Shown: positions 31,801 to 44,388 of the stretch, one piece after another
How positions within the stretch are numbered: the stretch's first letter is position 1
How the letters are laid out: each line of letters starts with the position of its first letter
Assembly: GCA_009602725.1 (NCBI GenBank)
Contig: WELB01000002.1
Coordinates: 1,890,776-1,943,640, forward strand
DNA length: 52,865 nt
Source of the DNA: Spirogloea muscicola
Taxonomy: Eukaryota
Direction of reading: 5' to 3'
Notes under the pieces: model-generated
What the model was told of the DNA's origin: nothing
Databases searched by the model: none
Seen by the model: the letters and a program-made list of their open reading frames with translations, nothing else
Made by a program: the position numbers and the translations under genes

Positions 31801-34800
31801 CCGCCGCCCCTCGCCGCCACCCCCCCGCGCTGCCTGCCCGGGCCGAGCTGGCGCCCGAGCCCCTCCTCAAGGCCGACGGCCTCGCGCCGCGGTCAGTCCC
31901 CCCCTGCTGCCCTCCCGCTGCAGCTGGCCGACGCCCCCCCTTGTGGCAGCGCCAGCAGCCCGGTCGCGCCCGGCCGGCCGACGTCGTGCTCCGCTGCACG
32001 GACGGCCGTCAGGAAGGACTCGAGCCCCTGGTGCTCCGCTGACTTGTCGTGCTGGAGCCCGAGCAGAGAGCTGGCGAGCTGGAGCCCTGCCGGGCCAGCT
32101 GAGAGGCCCCGCGAGACCATGAGCGCCATCATCCGCGAAGGTGGCTACATGGAGGAGTACGTCGAGGGGAGGCCCAGCAGGTGGAACGAGAGCCGCTACC
32201 CCTGGGCCGCCATCACCATCTGCCTGGTCATCGCCGCAGTAGCAGGTCGACTCGGATATCCTGGACATGCCGGCTGCAACCGCGCGAGGCGATCGGGCTG
32301 CTAGGCTCGACGGCCATGAGTCTCTGACCTCCCAAGCCTCCTCGCCGCTAGCTGAGCCGTAAGTGACAATCGGAGCTTCCCGGAGCTCAAGCATTGACCA
32401 CTCTTGTGCGGCAGGGGTTGTGGTGCCTTTGTCGACCAGTCAGCATGGCCTCTCCTTCACTGCCTGGATGGATGCCTTCATCCGCTTCAGCAGGCCTCAC
32501 ACAATCCTTGGAAGCGTGAGTGCGCCAGCTTCAGCTCTGCCTTGCAGCAGGCTGGTGAGCAAGAGCTGGCCACCAATCAGCTCCAAGGAGCGTGGATGAC
32601 TGACACCGTCGAGGGGTGCCTGCAGACCATTTCCATATGCTCCGTGTCAATGCTCGCAGTGCAGAGCAGTGCAGACATCACTCCCAGACTTGTCCATGGC
32701 GTGGTCCAGGCAAGTTGCCCTCACTTCTCCTGCCTCGGGTTCTGAACCTCTGAGCTGTCTGAGATGATACGCCACTTCCTTCCGAGTGTACGGCCAGCAC
32801 TGCACTACTCAACACCTTCTTGAAAAACCGCCACCCACACGCTTTCACGTCAAGGCGCAAGGTGTGCATTGACGTGCGCAAGGTTGTACACACATGGAGC
32901 ATGAACAGACTCATCTCTTCAAAACCTTTCTTGCGGCTTCATCTTTGCAGGCCCTCATTCCTGCCCTCTGCATGAACGTGTACATAGTCGGTCTCAACCA
33001 AGTCTTCGACATTGAGATTGACAAGGTCATTGCAGTACTCCTCTTCTTGACCACATCACTGCAGTCACTTGCATGCCTGCTCCTTCAAGGCCGAGTGTGA
33101 CCAGCGTCCTTGTTGAGAAGGGCCAGAGAAGTGCGAAGCTGACTCTCAGACTTGCTCTCTTGTCTGAGCTGAGGGCCAGGCTGACGCGTAGGCAGCTGCC
33201 ACGCTGCAGAGTAATTGCATGTAAGGTTGTTAGAGTCACCAAGAATGCCCTTACACGGAACACCACGTGCTCGTCTGTTTCTGAAAGTACCCCACCACTT
33301 GAGCTCAGGTTAACAAGCCCTATCTTCCCCTGGCCTCTGGAGACTTCTCCTTGACAACTGGTTTGACCATTGTTGCCACAAGTGCTGTCCTGGTATGCCC
33401 ATGTCTTCTATTCCTCATAAGATATGTGCTTCTTGTATTTATGCAGCAGTGATTCTTGAAGATAAGAAGGAATCTATGGTTGTCAATGCATCCAGCAGAG
33501 CTTATAGCCATGTGATCTCTTAAGATGAGTTAGCTGCATGTGGCCAACCCTGACCCTCATGTTTAGGAGCCATCATTAATGACAGTAGCTGCTACTTTCC
33601 TACATTTCAGAGCCTTGTCCTTGGTCTTGCATCGGGGTCCATGCCTCTGCTGTGGACTTTGAGCACTAGCATGCTTCTTGGGACTGCTTACTCTATTGAT
33701 GTAAGCAATCACTCCATGACAGAAGCTAGTCAAGCTTGTCTCTGCTCCACTGCTTTTGTACTTGCATACGTGACGCACGTCACCAGCCCACCTCTTTGCC
33801 ATATTGAATGCAAGCATCATTCACTTGACACGGCAGGATGAGCTTACTACTCCAGACAAGGCAGCGAAGTCTCAGCCTCTACACGCACAAGCCCTAATCT
33901 CAGTCCTGTTGCTATCCCTGAGATTTCTTGCAGCTTCCATTCTTAAGGTGGAAGAGACATCCACTGCTTGCAGCAGGGTGTATCCTTGCTGTGAGGGCTC
34001 TAGTTGTCCAGCTTGGATTTTTTGCGCACATTCAGGTGAGCTTTTGCCTATGCGCGTCTTGCAAGAGCATCTTCAATAATGGCATCACCATCATTGAATA
34101 TGTACATGGAAACCGAGATCACTAAGTCACTCAGCATCTTCACTTATTCTAATTTTGCAGCTTTGTTCACTTGTTTCTTCTCGATCTTCTTCCCACACTT
34201 GAGATAACAGCAGTATTGACGTGCACCTGCACCCTGCACCTACCAGGAGACGGTCTTTGGACGCCAGCAGAGCTTGAGCAGGCCTTTGATTTTTGCAACG
34301 TCCTTCATGTGCCTCTTCTCCATTGTCATAGCCCTCTTCAAGGTACTACGCTGCTCAGCACTTGTCGGCTACCGGTAATGTCATAGTTGGTGAGCTTTGG
34401 CGACCTGCTGGAGAATGTTCTGAAGATGAATTGCTGAAGTCTCACATACTTGCTAGTGGGTCTGTCTGATTCGCAATGTGTAATATACCAACCACACCCC
34501 GTATTTGTAATCTGTGAAGATCTGTGTAATCTGTGGACATCTTCCGCTTGTCAGGACATTCCCGATGTGGAAGGCGATCGAGTATTTGGGATTCAGTCTT
34601 TCTCTGTCCGACTGGGGCAGCGTCGTGTGAGTGGATGTCCTTGAGTATCTTCAAGCGTGCCAGTCTGATCCTTCTCTGCAGTACACATAGAGCCTTGGTA
34701 TTCTGCTGGCTTTTCCATGCCAATGATGGTTACATTAAGCAAGGACGAGTGTCTCATGCCTTCACTGCAGGTCTTCTGGTTTTGTGTGGGCACATTGGTG

Positions 34801-35576
34801 GTTGCGTACTTGGCAGCGGTGGTGATGGGGTTAACCTCCGCTATGACTTGGGCTAAGGCTGCCACGGTCCTCCCCAATCCTTGCACCTTCTCGTCCGCCA
34901 CTTCTATCAGCTGCACTGTCAGCCACCCAACAGATGCTCCTGCTGCTGTCTTTATGGTGCCTTGCTAGGACTTAAGTTATAAAATTCCCCCAAGCAGAGA
35001 TTCTCCTGCAACATCCTTGGTTAAAGCAGCATGTGCATATTGTGTTTGTTTGCATATCCAGGTTCTTTCGCACTCCGCACTAGTATATGCTTTGCTGCAT
35101 CGTGCAGTAAAGGTGGACCTTGCTAGCCAAAGTTCCATCTATTCGTTTTACATGTTCATTTGGAAGGTAAGCTCCTGCTGCCCTTGTGATTCCCAATCTG
35201 CTGCCCCTGCGATGCCCAATGGATCGAGTGCACAAACTAGCAAAGATCATGGCATCTTATGGGTAAGATTTACATCTTGTCAAGGGCTGAAGGTCGACTG
35301 TCAGAGTCACTTTACATAGAGAATCGCAATATTACAATCTTTGTGACGGCCACAGACGCAATTGCTTGACATATGTAAGGGCCGTACCACCACCTTGCCT
35401 TTGATTCGCCGTTTCAGTGTAAGCTAGCCTGCAGACTAGGTCAGTGGTGATTTGGTTGTCCTTGCATCCGAATAGTGCAAACAAGAGGCAGCGTGCAACG
35501 GCCTCATCAACTTTGAGGGCTGCTTATGATGCAGTTGTTCTATGCGGAGTACCTTGTCCTGCCCTTCATGCGGTGA
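31801..35576 (+). CDS. HPT: Homogentisate phytyltransferase (UbiA prenyltransferase family, tocopherol synthesis)
   Basis: [112 protein letters not shown]. Stop at 35574-35576. The start is uncertain (in or before the gap). Confidence 0.93.
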
Positions 35577-36048
35577 CTTAGAGGAGCACGGCCAGGAGGG
35601 CATTCAATTCCATCCCTTGCTTCTGCATAGTACCATGCAGCTGCAAGGAGGGTGTTGTGTTAGGTGTGAATTTGTCTCAGGGGAACCCTGAGACAAGCAT
35701 TGGCTTTTGGCTAGAGTGGGGGTCACAAGTCATGGCTATCTTCGGCCCATACTGACTCTGAGGCAAAGCAGCAGGGTCAGCTCGCCATATGCACGCCTAG
35801 TTTCTTCGAATTCCAATTCTTTGTCTCTGTTAGGATCATGGTACAACAATCTCCAAGTAGAGGTGTAATTAGACAACAAGAGCTACCGTGGTCGACAATT
35901 GTCAATCGCAGTAGCCTACTGAGTGTGTGCATAGGCTGGATGTCGAGAGCCTCTTGATGGTGGCAATAAAAGAATGACTACAGCCTCTGAGATCTCATTT
36001 TAAAGGAGGCTTGCAGTGCTAAGTAAGTACACTGAAAATTCTTGCTGG

Positions 36049-39000
36049 TCACGTACTAGCAGTTCGTCGTAGGACCTTGCGCTGTGAAGCTGACAGCGCT
36101 TTCTTTCTGATACGAATATGTCTTGGCGTGACCTGTCAGGGCAGGGCACATCAAACACATCCTTAGCAGGCGGACAAGTGGTGCAAGCACTGCGCCTAAT
36201 ATCACTACCAAATCTCTTCTGCCTACAGACGTGGTCCGACCTCGATGAGTTCGTCAGCTGCAATGTAGCCAATGGCTTCCTCCAAACTCATCTGCAGTGT
36301 ACATCCGAGCCACAACTACAGTGTCAAGCATAGGCATTTAAACTTGACGATGCAGATGCACTATCCTGCAGTTTGACACACGCAGGGGTAGAAAGCAGTG
36401 CTGACCACACAAGTACCTGCCGGGGTGGTGAAAGGCGCACATTGTCATCCTTGCCCGCGGCTCGGACATTTGTCAGGTACTTTGCCTTGACGGGGTTCAC
36501 CTGCGTGTGTCCCTCGTGTTATTTCTGTAGGTGCATGCAATAAAAACAGGTCGCAAAATACTTGCAAGGTTCAAACTGATAACAGTCACTGGCAGCTGCA
36601 GGGATGCATGAAAAAGTCACCTCAATGTCCTCATGACGTGAGCACTCGCCTATGACCATACCATCATATGCCTGCATTCACCAAGAATAGAGCGAGGAGA
36701 TTGACATCCCTGCTAAAACCCAAGTGGCGCACCACAGGCGCGCGGAGTAGGGCTGAATATACCTCCATGCCGGGCTCAACAAAGAGGTGGCCGCGAGCTT
36801 CCAGCATTGCCAGAGCATAGGCAGTTATCGTCCCATTGGCCATCGATACCTGATTCAAGCCATACCAAGATCTCAGAGATTGCAGTGTGGGCGTGAAGCA
36901 GGGTACTGAGAAGCCTCAACTATATGCCATTGTTGCCGCGGGGCTACTGGCACCTACCAGCACCCCTTTCCGAACGCCGTCCAGAGGCCCTCGCCACTCT
37001 TCATAAGCTGCTCCCATACAGGCCCACATAACATTGCCCACATTAAGTATAAGGAATTAACTCTGTACTTTATGTCAATTTGATGTTAAGTTGTGCTTGA
37101 AACTACGTCACGATCGAAGTTTCTATTATACAGCTGACAGCAAGTGCTTACCATGGAAGGAGCGATGCATGATGCCTGAGCCGTGAGTTTGCGTGTTGAA
37201 AGTTGCACGGTAGCCAAGCAAGCCCCTGCCCACCTTCCCCACGTGATTGGATTAGAAGTATACTGTTGTAAAAATCGACCAGGCATCCCTTCCTTTTAGT
37301 GCAACATGGAGCACAGAGGGTGGCCCTGGACCTGAAGCAACTTCACAGACCTGGAGGGACAGTGAAAGTGGAGGCGTGTGCGTCCACTGCCTGCATCTTG
37401 CATCTCGAGGAGGCTGCCCTTGCGCTGTGTCAGCGCATCCACGACAGCCCCAGCAAACCTGTTTTCCATCTGCAGCACAAGGCCAGTTGAGAAGACTATT
37501 TCTCTGCAGCAGAAAATGTGAGGGTGCACGTTTATGCATTGCTTGTCACCTCCATCACGACCTCCTCAACAGGCTCCAGCTTTACACCACCCTGCTGCTG
37601 GAAGCTGCACAAGCACTTAGAATGACTTCAGAAACTGCATGAGTAGCTCATTGGACTCCTGTGGCCTCATACCAAATCTGGTATATGCATATGGTATACA
37701 TGAGGTCCAGCAGTCAGCCTTTACATGTGTGTCTGGGCTGTGAGTTTGATCAGATTGGATGTAAGGGCAGATTTATGAATATTACAGGACCACTGGGGGC
37801 GAGACAGATAGCTCAAATCCTTGGCGCCGCATGTTCTCAATCAGGATTCCTGCACACAATCATTGTGAAGCTCTGACACGGCTAAGCGGACTTGTGTTGT
37901 CACCCTGCCGATGTACAAGAAAAAGATCTGGCATGACGCACAAGTCCCGCTGTAAGCAAGCACCTTAGCCCAAACAAAGAACAGGCACGTTGTTGACGTT
38001 GCAGCCTCGTACCAAGCTGCAGCTCTCCACGACCCTGGACTTGGAAGGCATCCTGAGCTGCCGTTGGGTGCACCACCAGCGACAAATTGCTCTCCGCCTC
38101 AGACGTAAGGTACTCACCAATCTTGGTCCCTGTCAGCTGCTTGCATACCAAAGCAACCTTGACACCCACTCCTCACATGCAGTGAAGACCACAGCTTCCC
38201 AGCGAGATGGATTTCAGGCATGCGCACCAGGTCGCCATCGCGCCCAGCCAAGGGGGAGTCGTTGACTCCAAATGTCATGGATATGGTCGGGGGATCAATG
38301 AGAGCTGTGGGCAGAGGCTCCAAGAGCTGGTTGATCACAACAAGCTTCAGAGCTCAGCGCACTTGTCATCAGATAGATACACGGAGCACAGAGACATAAA
38401 CAGCACCTGGTGTAGCACGAGCATGAAGCAGCCAACCGGGGGTGGAGCGCAGCATGTTACCTCCAGATGGGAGATGGTGTGAGTGACAGAGGCCTGACCG
38501 AGGCCAGCTATGGCCACAATGTCCCCTGCATGAGCGACCTGTAGCTCTATGACAGCCAAGCCCTGTGGCTTGCTGATGCGGGTCACCTGCACGACAATGC
38601 GAGTATGTGGCTTTCAGCCTTCGGAGGAAAGACAGCAGCACCTGCTCGCCGGCTCACTGTGACCAGATGGCTTGCCTTGCCCTGCTCCAGCACATTGTTG
38701 CCTTGCAGTACGTGCACCCGATCCCCAACGTGGACGCTTCCAGAGGCGATACGACCGGTGAGCAGACGGCCCAAGTAGGCGTCTCGCTGAACCATCGAGA
38801 CCTGGTGACAGTTCTCGCCCAGATTAGTGGCAAACTGGCAGATGTGTTACCAACCCGGCACTCGGTGAGTGAGAAGCATGCAGGGGCAGAAGTACGTCCT
38901 GCCTGAAGGAGAGGGACTTAGGTGCAGGTCCAAAGCAGAGAAGCTTACGAGAAGCCGAAATGGGGCATCGAGGTCCACTATTGGAGCAGGCACATGGTCC

Positions 39001-40620
39001 ACAATGGCTTGTAGCAGGGGCCGCATGCTCTTGCCCTGGCTTTTGCATGCAGCACGCTGCTGCTCCTCCAGCCCCAACGGCCCCACCGGTGGCAGCTCCT
39101 GGCTTGCCCAGCCCTCCCGTGCGGATGCGTAAAGCACAGGGAAGTCCAGCTGCTCGTCTGCATCATGCACAGGAGCACAGATTCTGCAGAAGTTGGTAAG
39201 CCAGCCCTCAAGCTGCAACAGGAGCTGCAGCTTGAGCGCAGCACAGCTGGTTGATGCATGAGTAGCCCCTCAGGTGCCGCATGAGTGGGCAGATGACCAA
39301 CCATTGGCCCCGAGGTTTGCAAAGAGGTCAAAGACAGCGCTCTCCACCATCTGCACCTGTCCCTGCGTCACTGAGGCACAGGGCGAAAGTTGCAGGCAGA
39401 CTAGCCTGGGGAGGATCGTGACACACCATGGCCACAGGATAGACAGGCTCGCGAGCCCTTGTCCTCCTTCGACCCTTGCAAGGACACGGGGGCACAGGTT
39501 GTGCTCACGCGTAGGGCGATCGATCTTGTTGAGGAGCACGAGAGGCCGGAGGCCTCGTCGCAGTGCCTTGGCCAGCACAAACTTGGTCTGTGCCAGCGGT
39601 CCCTCCCCAGCATCCACGAGCAGCACAGCGCCGTCCACCATCCCCAGCACGCGCTCCACCTGCCACTCCAGCCTGGTGGTTCTATCAGTTGCCGAACATC
39701 AGAGCCAGCCCTGCAAAGCAAGCAGTACCAGGCGAAGGCTGAAGCAAGAAACATGGCCAGGTCCAACACCACCAACAGGCCTCTGCCTCGTACTGCTAAT
39801 GGCACCGCATTGAAGGGCATCAGCATGAACCCTCACGAGGACAAGGCTCACCTCTCCTCCAAAGTCCGCGTGGCCTGGTGTGTCCACCACATTCAACGTC
39901 GTACCCTCAAAGCTCATGGACGTGTACTGCACAGGAGGCCAAGGTGACTGTGCTCCTCGTGAGACCCAGACAGCGAGAGGGAGTGCGACGCGCACGAGAA
40001 GGCCTTGCAGAATAGCTCCTGGTGCAGGAGTTACCCTTTACGTTACACTGAGTAGGCATGGCAGGAGGGCTGGGGTTCGACCTTGGAAGCGATTGTGATG
40101 CCACGCTCGCGCTCGAGCGCGATGGAGTCCATCACCCGATCCCCGCGCAGAGCCGCACCGCAGTCTCGGAGCAGCCGGTCCATGAGCCTGGCAGCAGAGG
40201 GCGCGCCGCCTACAGCTCCTTCAGCTCGGCTCACCTCGGCTCAGTCAGCTCATCTACTCAGCTCACCCGAGCTGAGCTCAAGGCAGCTGAGCTCAAGGCT
40301 CGGCTCGGCCCTGCCTGCAGCCTAGCTTGGCGCAGCTCAGCTGGTCGTAGCCGAGCCCACACAACGTCAGCGCGACCGGGGGGGGTTGTGCGGTCCCTGC
40401 CAGGGGCAACAGCCGCGACGGCCTGCGGCGGGCGACGGAGGCCGCACGTGGTCTTGCCATGGTCGACATGGGCGATTATGGCCACGTTGCGGACGGGAGC
40501 AGCCGCTGCGGGGGCGGGGGCGGCAGCGGCGGAGCAGCGGCGTGGGAGGGTGGCGGCGAGGAGGGAGCGGAGCGGCGAGGCGGGGGCGAGGCGGGCCGCC
40601 AGGCGCGCCAGGCGCGCCAT
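36049..40620 (-). CDS. typA: TypA/BipA translational GTPase, probably mitochondrial
   Basis: ATG 40620 with an Arg/Ala/Leu-rich presequence. Motifs: [129 protein letters not shown]. Stop at 36049-36051. Confidence 0.95.
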
Positions 40621-40760
40621 GCGGGGCGGGGGGAGCAGGAGGGACCCGCCAGGGGGCGGCTGCGTGGGACGCCCTGACGAAGCAGTTGCCCCGGAGGAAG
40701 AAGGGGGGCTGGAAAAAGAGAAAAGTGGCACTCCCAGCGGGGGCAAGGGCTGTGACAAGG

Positions 40761-41301
40761 AAAGAAAGAAAGGGGCACTCCCAATGGGGGCAAGGGCTGT
40801 GAAAAGCCAGCCCGAAAATGAATTGGCAAAGGATCGATGGGGCCAAATGACAGGGGGGCCTAAAAAGCGCTAAGCAGCTACGTAAGGGGCCTCTAGAGGC
40901 TATGTCAGAACGGGGGAGGATGGACCACTGAGTAGTCACGAGTGACGAGCCTCAAATCCGACAGACTAGCTGCCGCAAAACTATCCCCCTAACGAAAGCC
41001 GGAGGCCGCAGCGAGAGCACGGCCAGCACGCACATGCAAGGCCTGGGCCACGGACCGCTGAAGGGAGACGGACAATCGCATATGATATACCTGAGCCCAC
41101 GAGCCAGCGGCGTTGAAGTCAGCCGGCTCACCGCGCCTGTGGGACACCGCGCGCCGCGCAAGCCTGGCCAGCAGGTCGAGCCACCGGGACCCGACAGCCC
41201 CGTGCACGTCCACGGCCAGGGGTACGAACTCGTCTGCAGCCGGGTGGTCGGCGTGTTTGGCCGCCTTGCTGCGAGCGGCCTTCGCCGCAGCGTGGCCAGC
41301 C
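40761..41301 (-). mobile_element. 5'-truncated CRE-like retrocopy, subfamily A (A1)
   Basis: Encodes AGHAAAKAARSKAAKHADHPAADEFVPLAVDVHGAVGSRWLDLLARLARRA..MRLSVSLQRS. Followed by a 3' UTR with the hairpin and a (CTTT)n tail. Possible 5-bp TSD caagg (40756-40760 / 41302-41306). Confidence 0.85.
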
Positions 41302-41714
41302 CAAGGCTTCGAAAGGGGGCGAGGGCTGTAAACAGCGAAGGCGCGCGGTGCGCATGAGATGCAAGGGAGGCAGATCCAAGCCCAGCAGGGCAGGAACTGG
41401 GGGAAGCCAACAAGAAAGTGGCCCTCCCACTGGGGGGCAACGGCTGTGAAGAGCCAGCCCGACAATAATTGACCAAGGGTCGGAGGGGCCAACAAGGCTA
41501 CATACACCGGAGCCCTCTGCTAAGGTGGCTCAGGTGACAGTGTGACGTTGGCACCCAGGAGCAACTTTCGTGCTTTGGAAACACGAACGAGCCCAGGGGT
41601 GAGCTACGTGCAAATCCGCCAAGCTACCTTGGGGAGCCGGAGCGCCGCCACGAAAGCCGGTGGCCGGACTTTCGAGCGCGCCCAGCACGCTGGCGAGGAG
41701 GCAGGCCATGCAAG

Positions 41715-42123
41715 AAGAAGTGGCCCTCCCAATGGGGGCAAGGGCTGTGAAAAGCCAGCCCGAAAAGAATTTACAAATGTTCGAAGGGGCCAAATGACGG
41801 AGGGGCCTAAAGCGCTTTGGCAGAACGGGTGGAGGATGGACCACTCAGTAGCGACGAGTGAGGAGCCTCAAATCCGACAGACTAGCTGCCGGAAAACAAT
41901 CCCCCTGGCGACAGCCAGCGGCTGCAGCGAGAGCCCGGCCAGCATGCAGATGCAAGGCGTGTGCCATGGACCGCTGAAGGGATACTGACAACCGCATGCG
42001 ATAGACTTGGGCCCATGAGCCAGCGGCGTTGAAGTCAGCCGGCTCACCTCGCCTGCGGGACACAGCGCGCCGCGCAAGCTTGGCCAGCAGGTCGAGCCAC
42101 TGGGACCCAAGAGCCCCGTGTAC
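41715..42123 (-). mobile_element. 5'-truncated CRE-like retrocopy, subfamily A (A2), with a 9-bp TSD
   Basis: Encodes VHGALGSQWLDLLAKLARRA..YRMRLSVSLQRS..SDLRLLTRRY, then the 3' hairpin and a CTT tail. Flanked by ccatgcaag at 41706-41714 and 42124-42132. Confidence 0.9.
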
Positions 42124-42589
42124 CCATGCAAGGCCCCTATCCTCAATGGGCGAGCCCTTTTTTCACATGCAAGCCTCGCCGCACGCCTTGTCGTCTCACG
42201 CCCACCGCGCGCGCCTGCGCACTGCTCTGCCGCGGCCCCGGCGGCCTCAGCCTCCGGGCCGAGCCCATCGCCGGGTCGCTCCGCGCGCAGCCCGCCATTC
42301 CCCGGCCTACATGGGTAGCTGGGCTCAGGTGGCAGCCCCCATGTGCCAGAGGTTCCTCGTGCACGGCCAGCGCGCCCTGTAGCGGGCAGCAGCTGAGGTG
42401 GAGATCGGTCAGCTGCCTTTTCAGGTTGCCCTCCGCTCTGCCCGCGACGGGCTCCTCATCATTCTTTTCTGGGCTGGCTTTTTCCAGCCCCTATCCTCAA
42501 TGGGCGAGCCCTTCTCTCCTGGCGGTCCACCCCCACATGTCGGAACAGGCCGTTCCTTTCATCTTTTTTATTCTTGTAGGCAGAGTAAG

Positions 42590-44388
42590 AGAAAGAAAGA
42601 AAGAAGAAAGAAAGAAATTGCTCGCCCCTGGAGAAGAGGGGCTGGCAAAGCCAGCCCAAAAAGAATGGACAGAATCCATAGAGCCAAAGAAAGAGAAGTG
42701 CGCGCCCATAGAGAAAAGGTGCTGGCAAAGCCAGCCCCAAAAAGAATGGACAATGGCCAAAGCCGAAGAAAGAGGAGCCGGAGAAAGGACCACACTACAA
42801 AACATTGCAGAACACAGAAACGAGGCAGAGGAAAGCTCAGTACCCACGAGTGAGCAACATCAGGTCTGAGTAGCTCGCTGGCGGGCGCATCATTGCCGAT
42901 GTGGTCACCACTGATGTGGTCGACCGCTCCAACCCGGGGCTTTCTGCCTCGCGGGCTGGCCACGCTGCGGCAAAGGCCGCTCGCAGCAAGGCGGCCAAAC
43001 ACGCCGACCACCCGGCTGCCGACGAGTTCGTCCCCCTGGCTGTGGACGTGCATGGGGCTCTCGGATCCCACTGGCTCGACCTGTTGGCCAGGCTTGCACG
43101 GCGCGCTGTGTCCCGCAGGCGCGGTGAGCCGGCTGACTTCAACGCCGCTGGCTCGTTGGCTCAGGTGTATTGTATGCGCTTGTCCGTCTCCCTCCAGCGG
43201 TCTAGGGCCCACGCCTTGCATCTGCGTGCTGGCCGTGCTCTCGCTGCGGCCTCCGGCTTTCGTCAGGGGGATAGTTTACCGGCAGCTAGTCTGTCGGATG
43301 TGAGGCTCCTCACTCGTAACTACTAAGTGGTCCATCCTCCCCCGTTCTGCCATAGCCTCTTCAGGCCCCGCAGTCGCTGCTTAGCTCGTAGTTTGGCCCC
43401 TTCGAACCTTGTCAATTCTTTTCGGGCTGGCTTCTCACAGCCCTTGCCCCCATTGGGAGAGCCACTTCTTCGCTGCAGGGAAAGAGGCACTCCGCCGTGA
43501 CCCAGAGGCGGCGGCCATAGCACGGCCTGCGCGCGTGTGGACGGCGTGGGCAAGGGAGCGTTGAAGCGATACGGCCAGGCGCATGCGGAAGACTTGTGCG
43601 AGCGAACCGGCGGCGTTGAAGCCGGGCATCGCCCCTGGCAGACCGGGCCGCCGGTCAACGGCCTGGCGGGCAAGCCGCTGAATGAGATCCAGCCAGCGGC
43701 TGCCGAAAGCCCCGTGTACATCCATCGCCAGGGCCGCGAATTCATCCCCCACCGGGTGATCAGCGTACTTCCGCTCCGTGCCCCGGGCCGCCTGGCCGAC
43801 CGCGTGCCCTGCAAACGACGCCGATCTGGTGGGATTGGCGGAGTCGATGCAGTCAACACCACGTCAGCGATGATGCGGGGACCGCCGCCGGGCGGGATGG
43901 CGACCAGGTCGGCGCGTCGCGTATGGGGCTGGCCGTCCGCGCCCAGCTGGATGCGCATGATGGAGGAGTTCTCCACCGCGACCTTGAAGCCAGCCTCCGA
44001 AAACACCCCCTGCATACCATCGCGCAGGAGGTCGTGGGAAGCGGTCCGCTCGCCCCCGTGTGCGCAACGGAGCATGTGGGCGGCCAGCTCCGCAGGATCA
44101 ACGTGACGGGCACCACACTCGCATTGAGTGACGCCCACGAGGCACGGAGGGAGGAGGCCCAAGAGCCGGTGGACCGCCGTCCTGAAGACCTCGTCGGGCA
44201 TAGTGAGCGCCGCCCCAGGAGTGGGAGCGCTGATAGCCACGCCACCGCCCCAGGCTGAGAGCAGCCGGGCGCGCCCTCGAAGGTCAGCCGGAGGGAGAAG
44301 CTCCACCACCTGGTCGGAGGCCGCTCTTTCAACCAGCGCCGAGAAGCGTGCCTGGGCACGCTGGTCTGGGGGTGTGGGCGAGGTGGAT
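42590..44388 (-). mobile_element. 5'-truncated CRE-like non-LTR retrotransposon, subfamily B (B'), with zinc knuckle and restriction-like endonuclease; interrupted by A3
   Basis: RARLLS..FRTAVHRLLGL..CECG..HMLRC.HGGERTASHDLLRD..AGFKVAVE..RRADLV..IIADVV (frameshift) ..RKY..LAMDVHGAFG..RLAVSLQR. The 3' end (SYSDLMLLTRGY*, two tandem hairpin motifs, (TTTC)n tail) lies at 42590-42880. Confidence 0.9.
42881..43469 (+). mobile_element. 5'-truncated CRE-like retrocopy, subfamily A (A3), nested antisense in B', with a 6-bp TSD
   Basis: Encodes RIIADVVTTD..SDVRLLTRNY*, then the 3' UTR and a cacttct tail. tcgctg occurs at 42875-42880 and 43470-43475. Removing the insert restores the B-type sequence ctttccctgcagcgagctactcagacc. 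Confidence 0.92.

Noticed and set aside
36049..40620. TypA as bacterial contamination or recent horizontal transfer
   Set aside because: It has many spliceosomal introns and an organellar presequence, and plants normally encode organellar TypA homologs.
42460..42520. Terminal motif as an HDV-like or hammerhead ribozyme, or a Helitron end
   Set aside because: I could see no CUGANGA/GAAA core, no convincing nested double pseudoknot and no CTRR terminus. The motif follows a retroelement stop codon and precedes a microsatellite tail.
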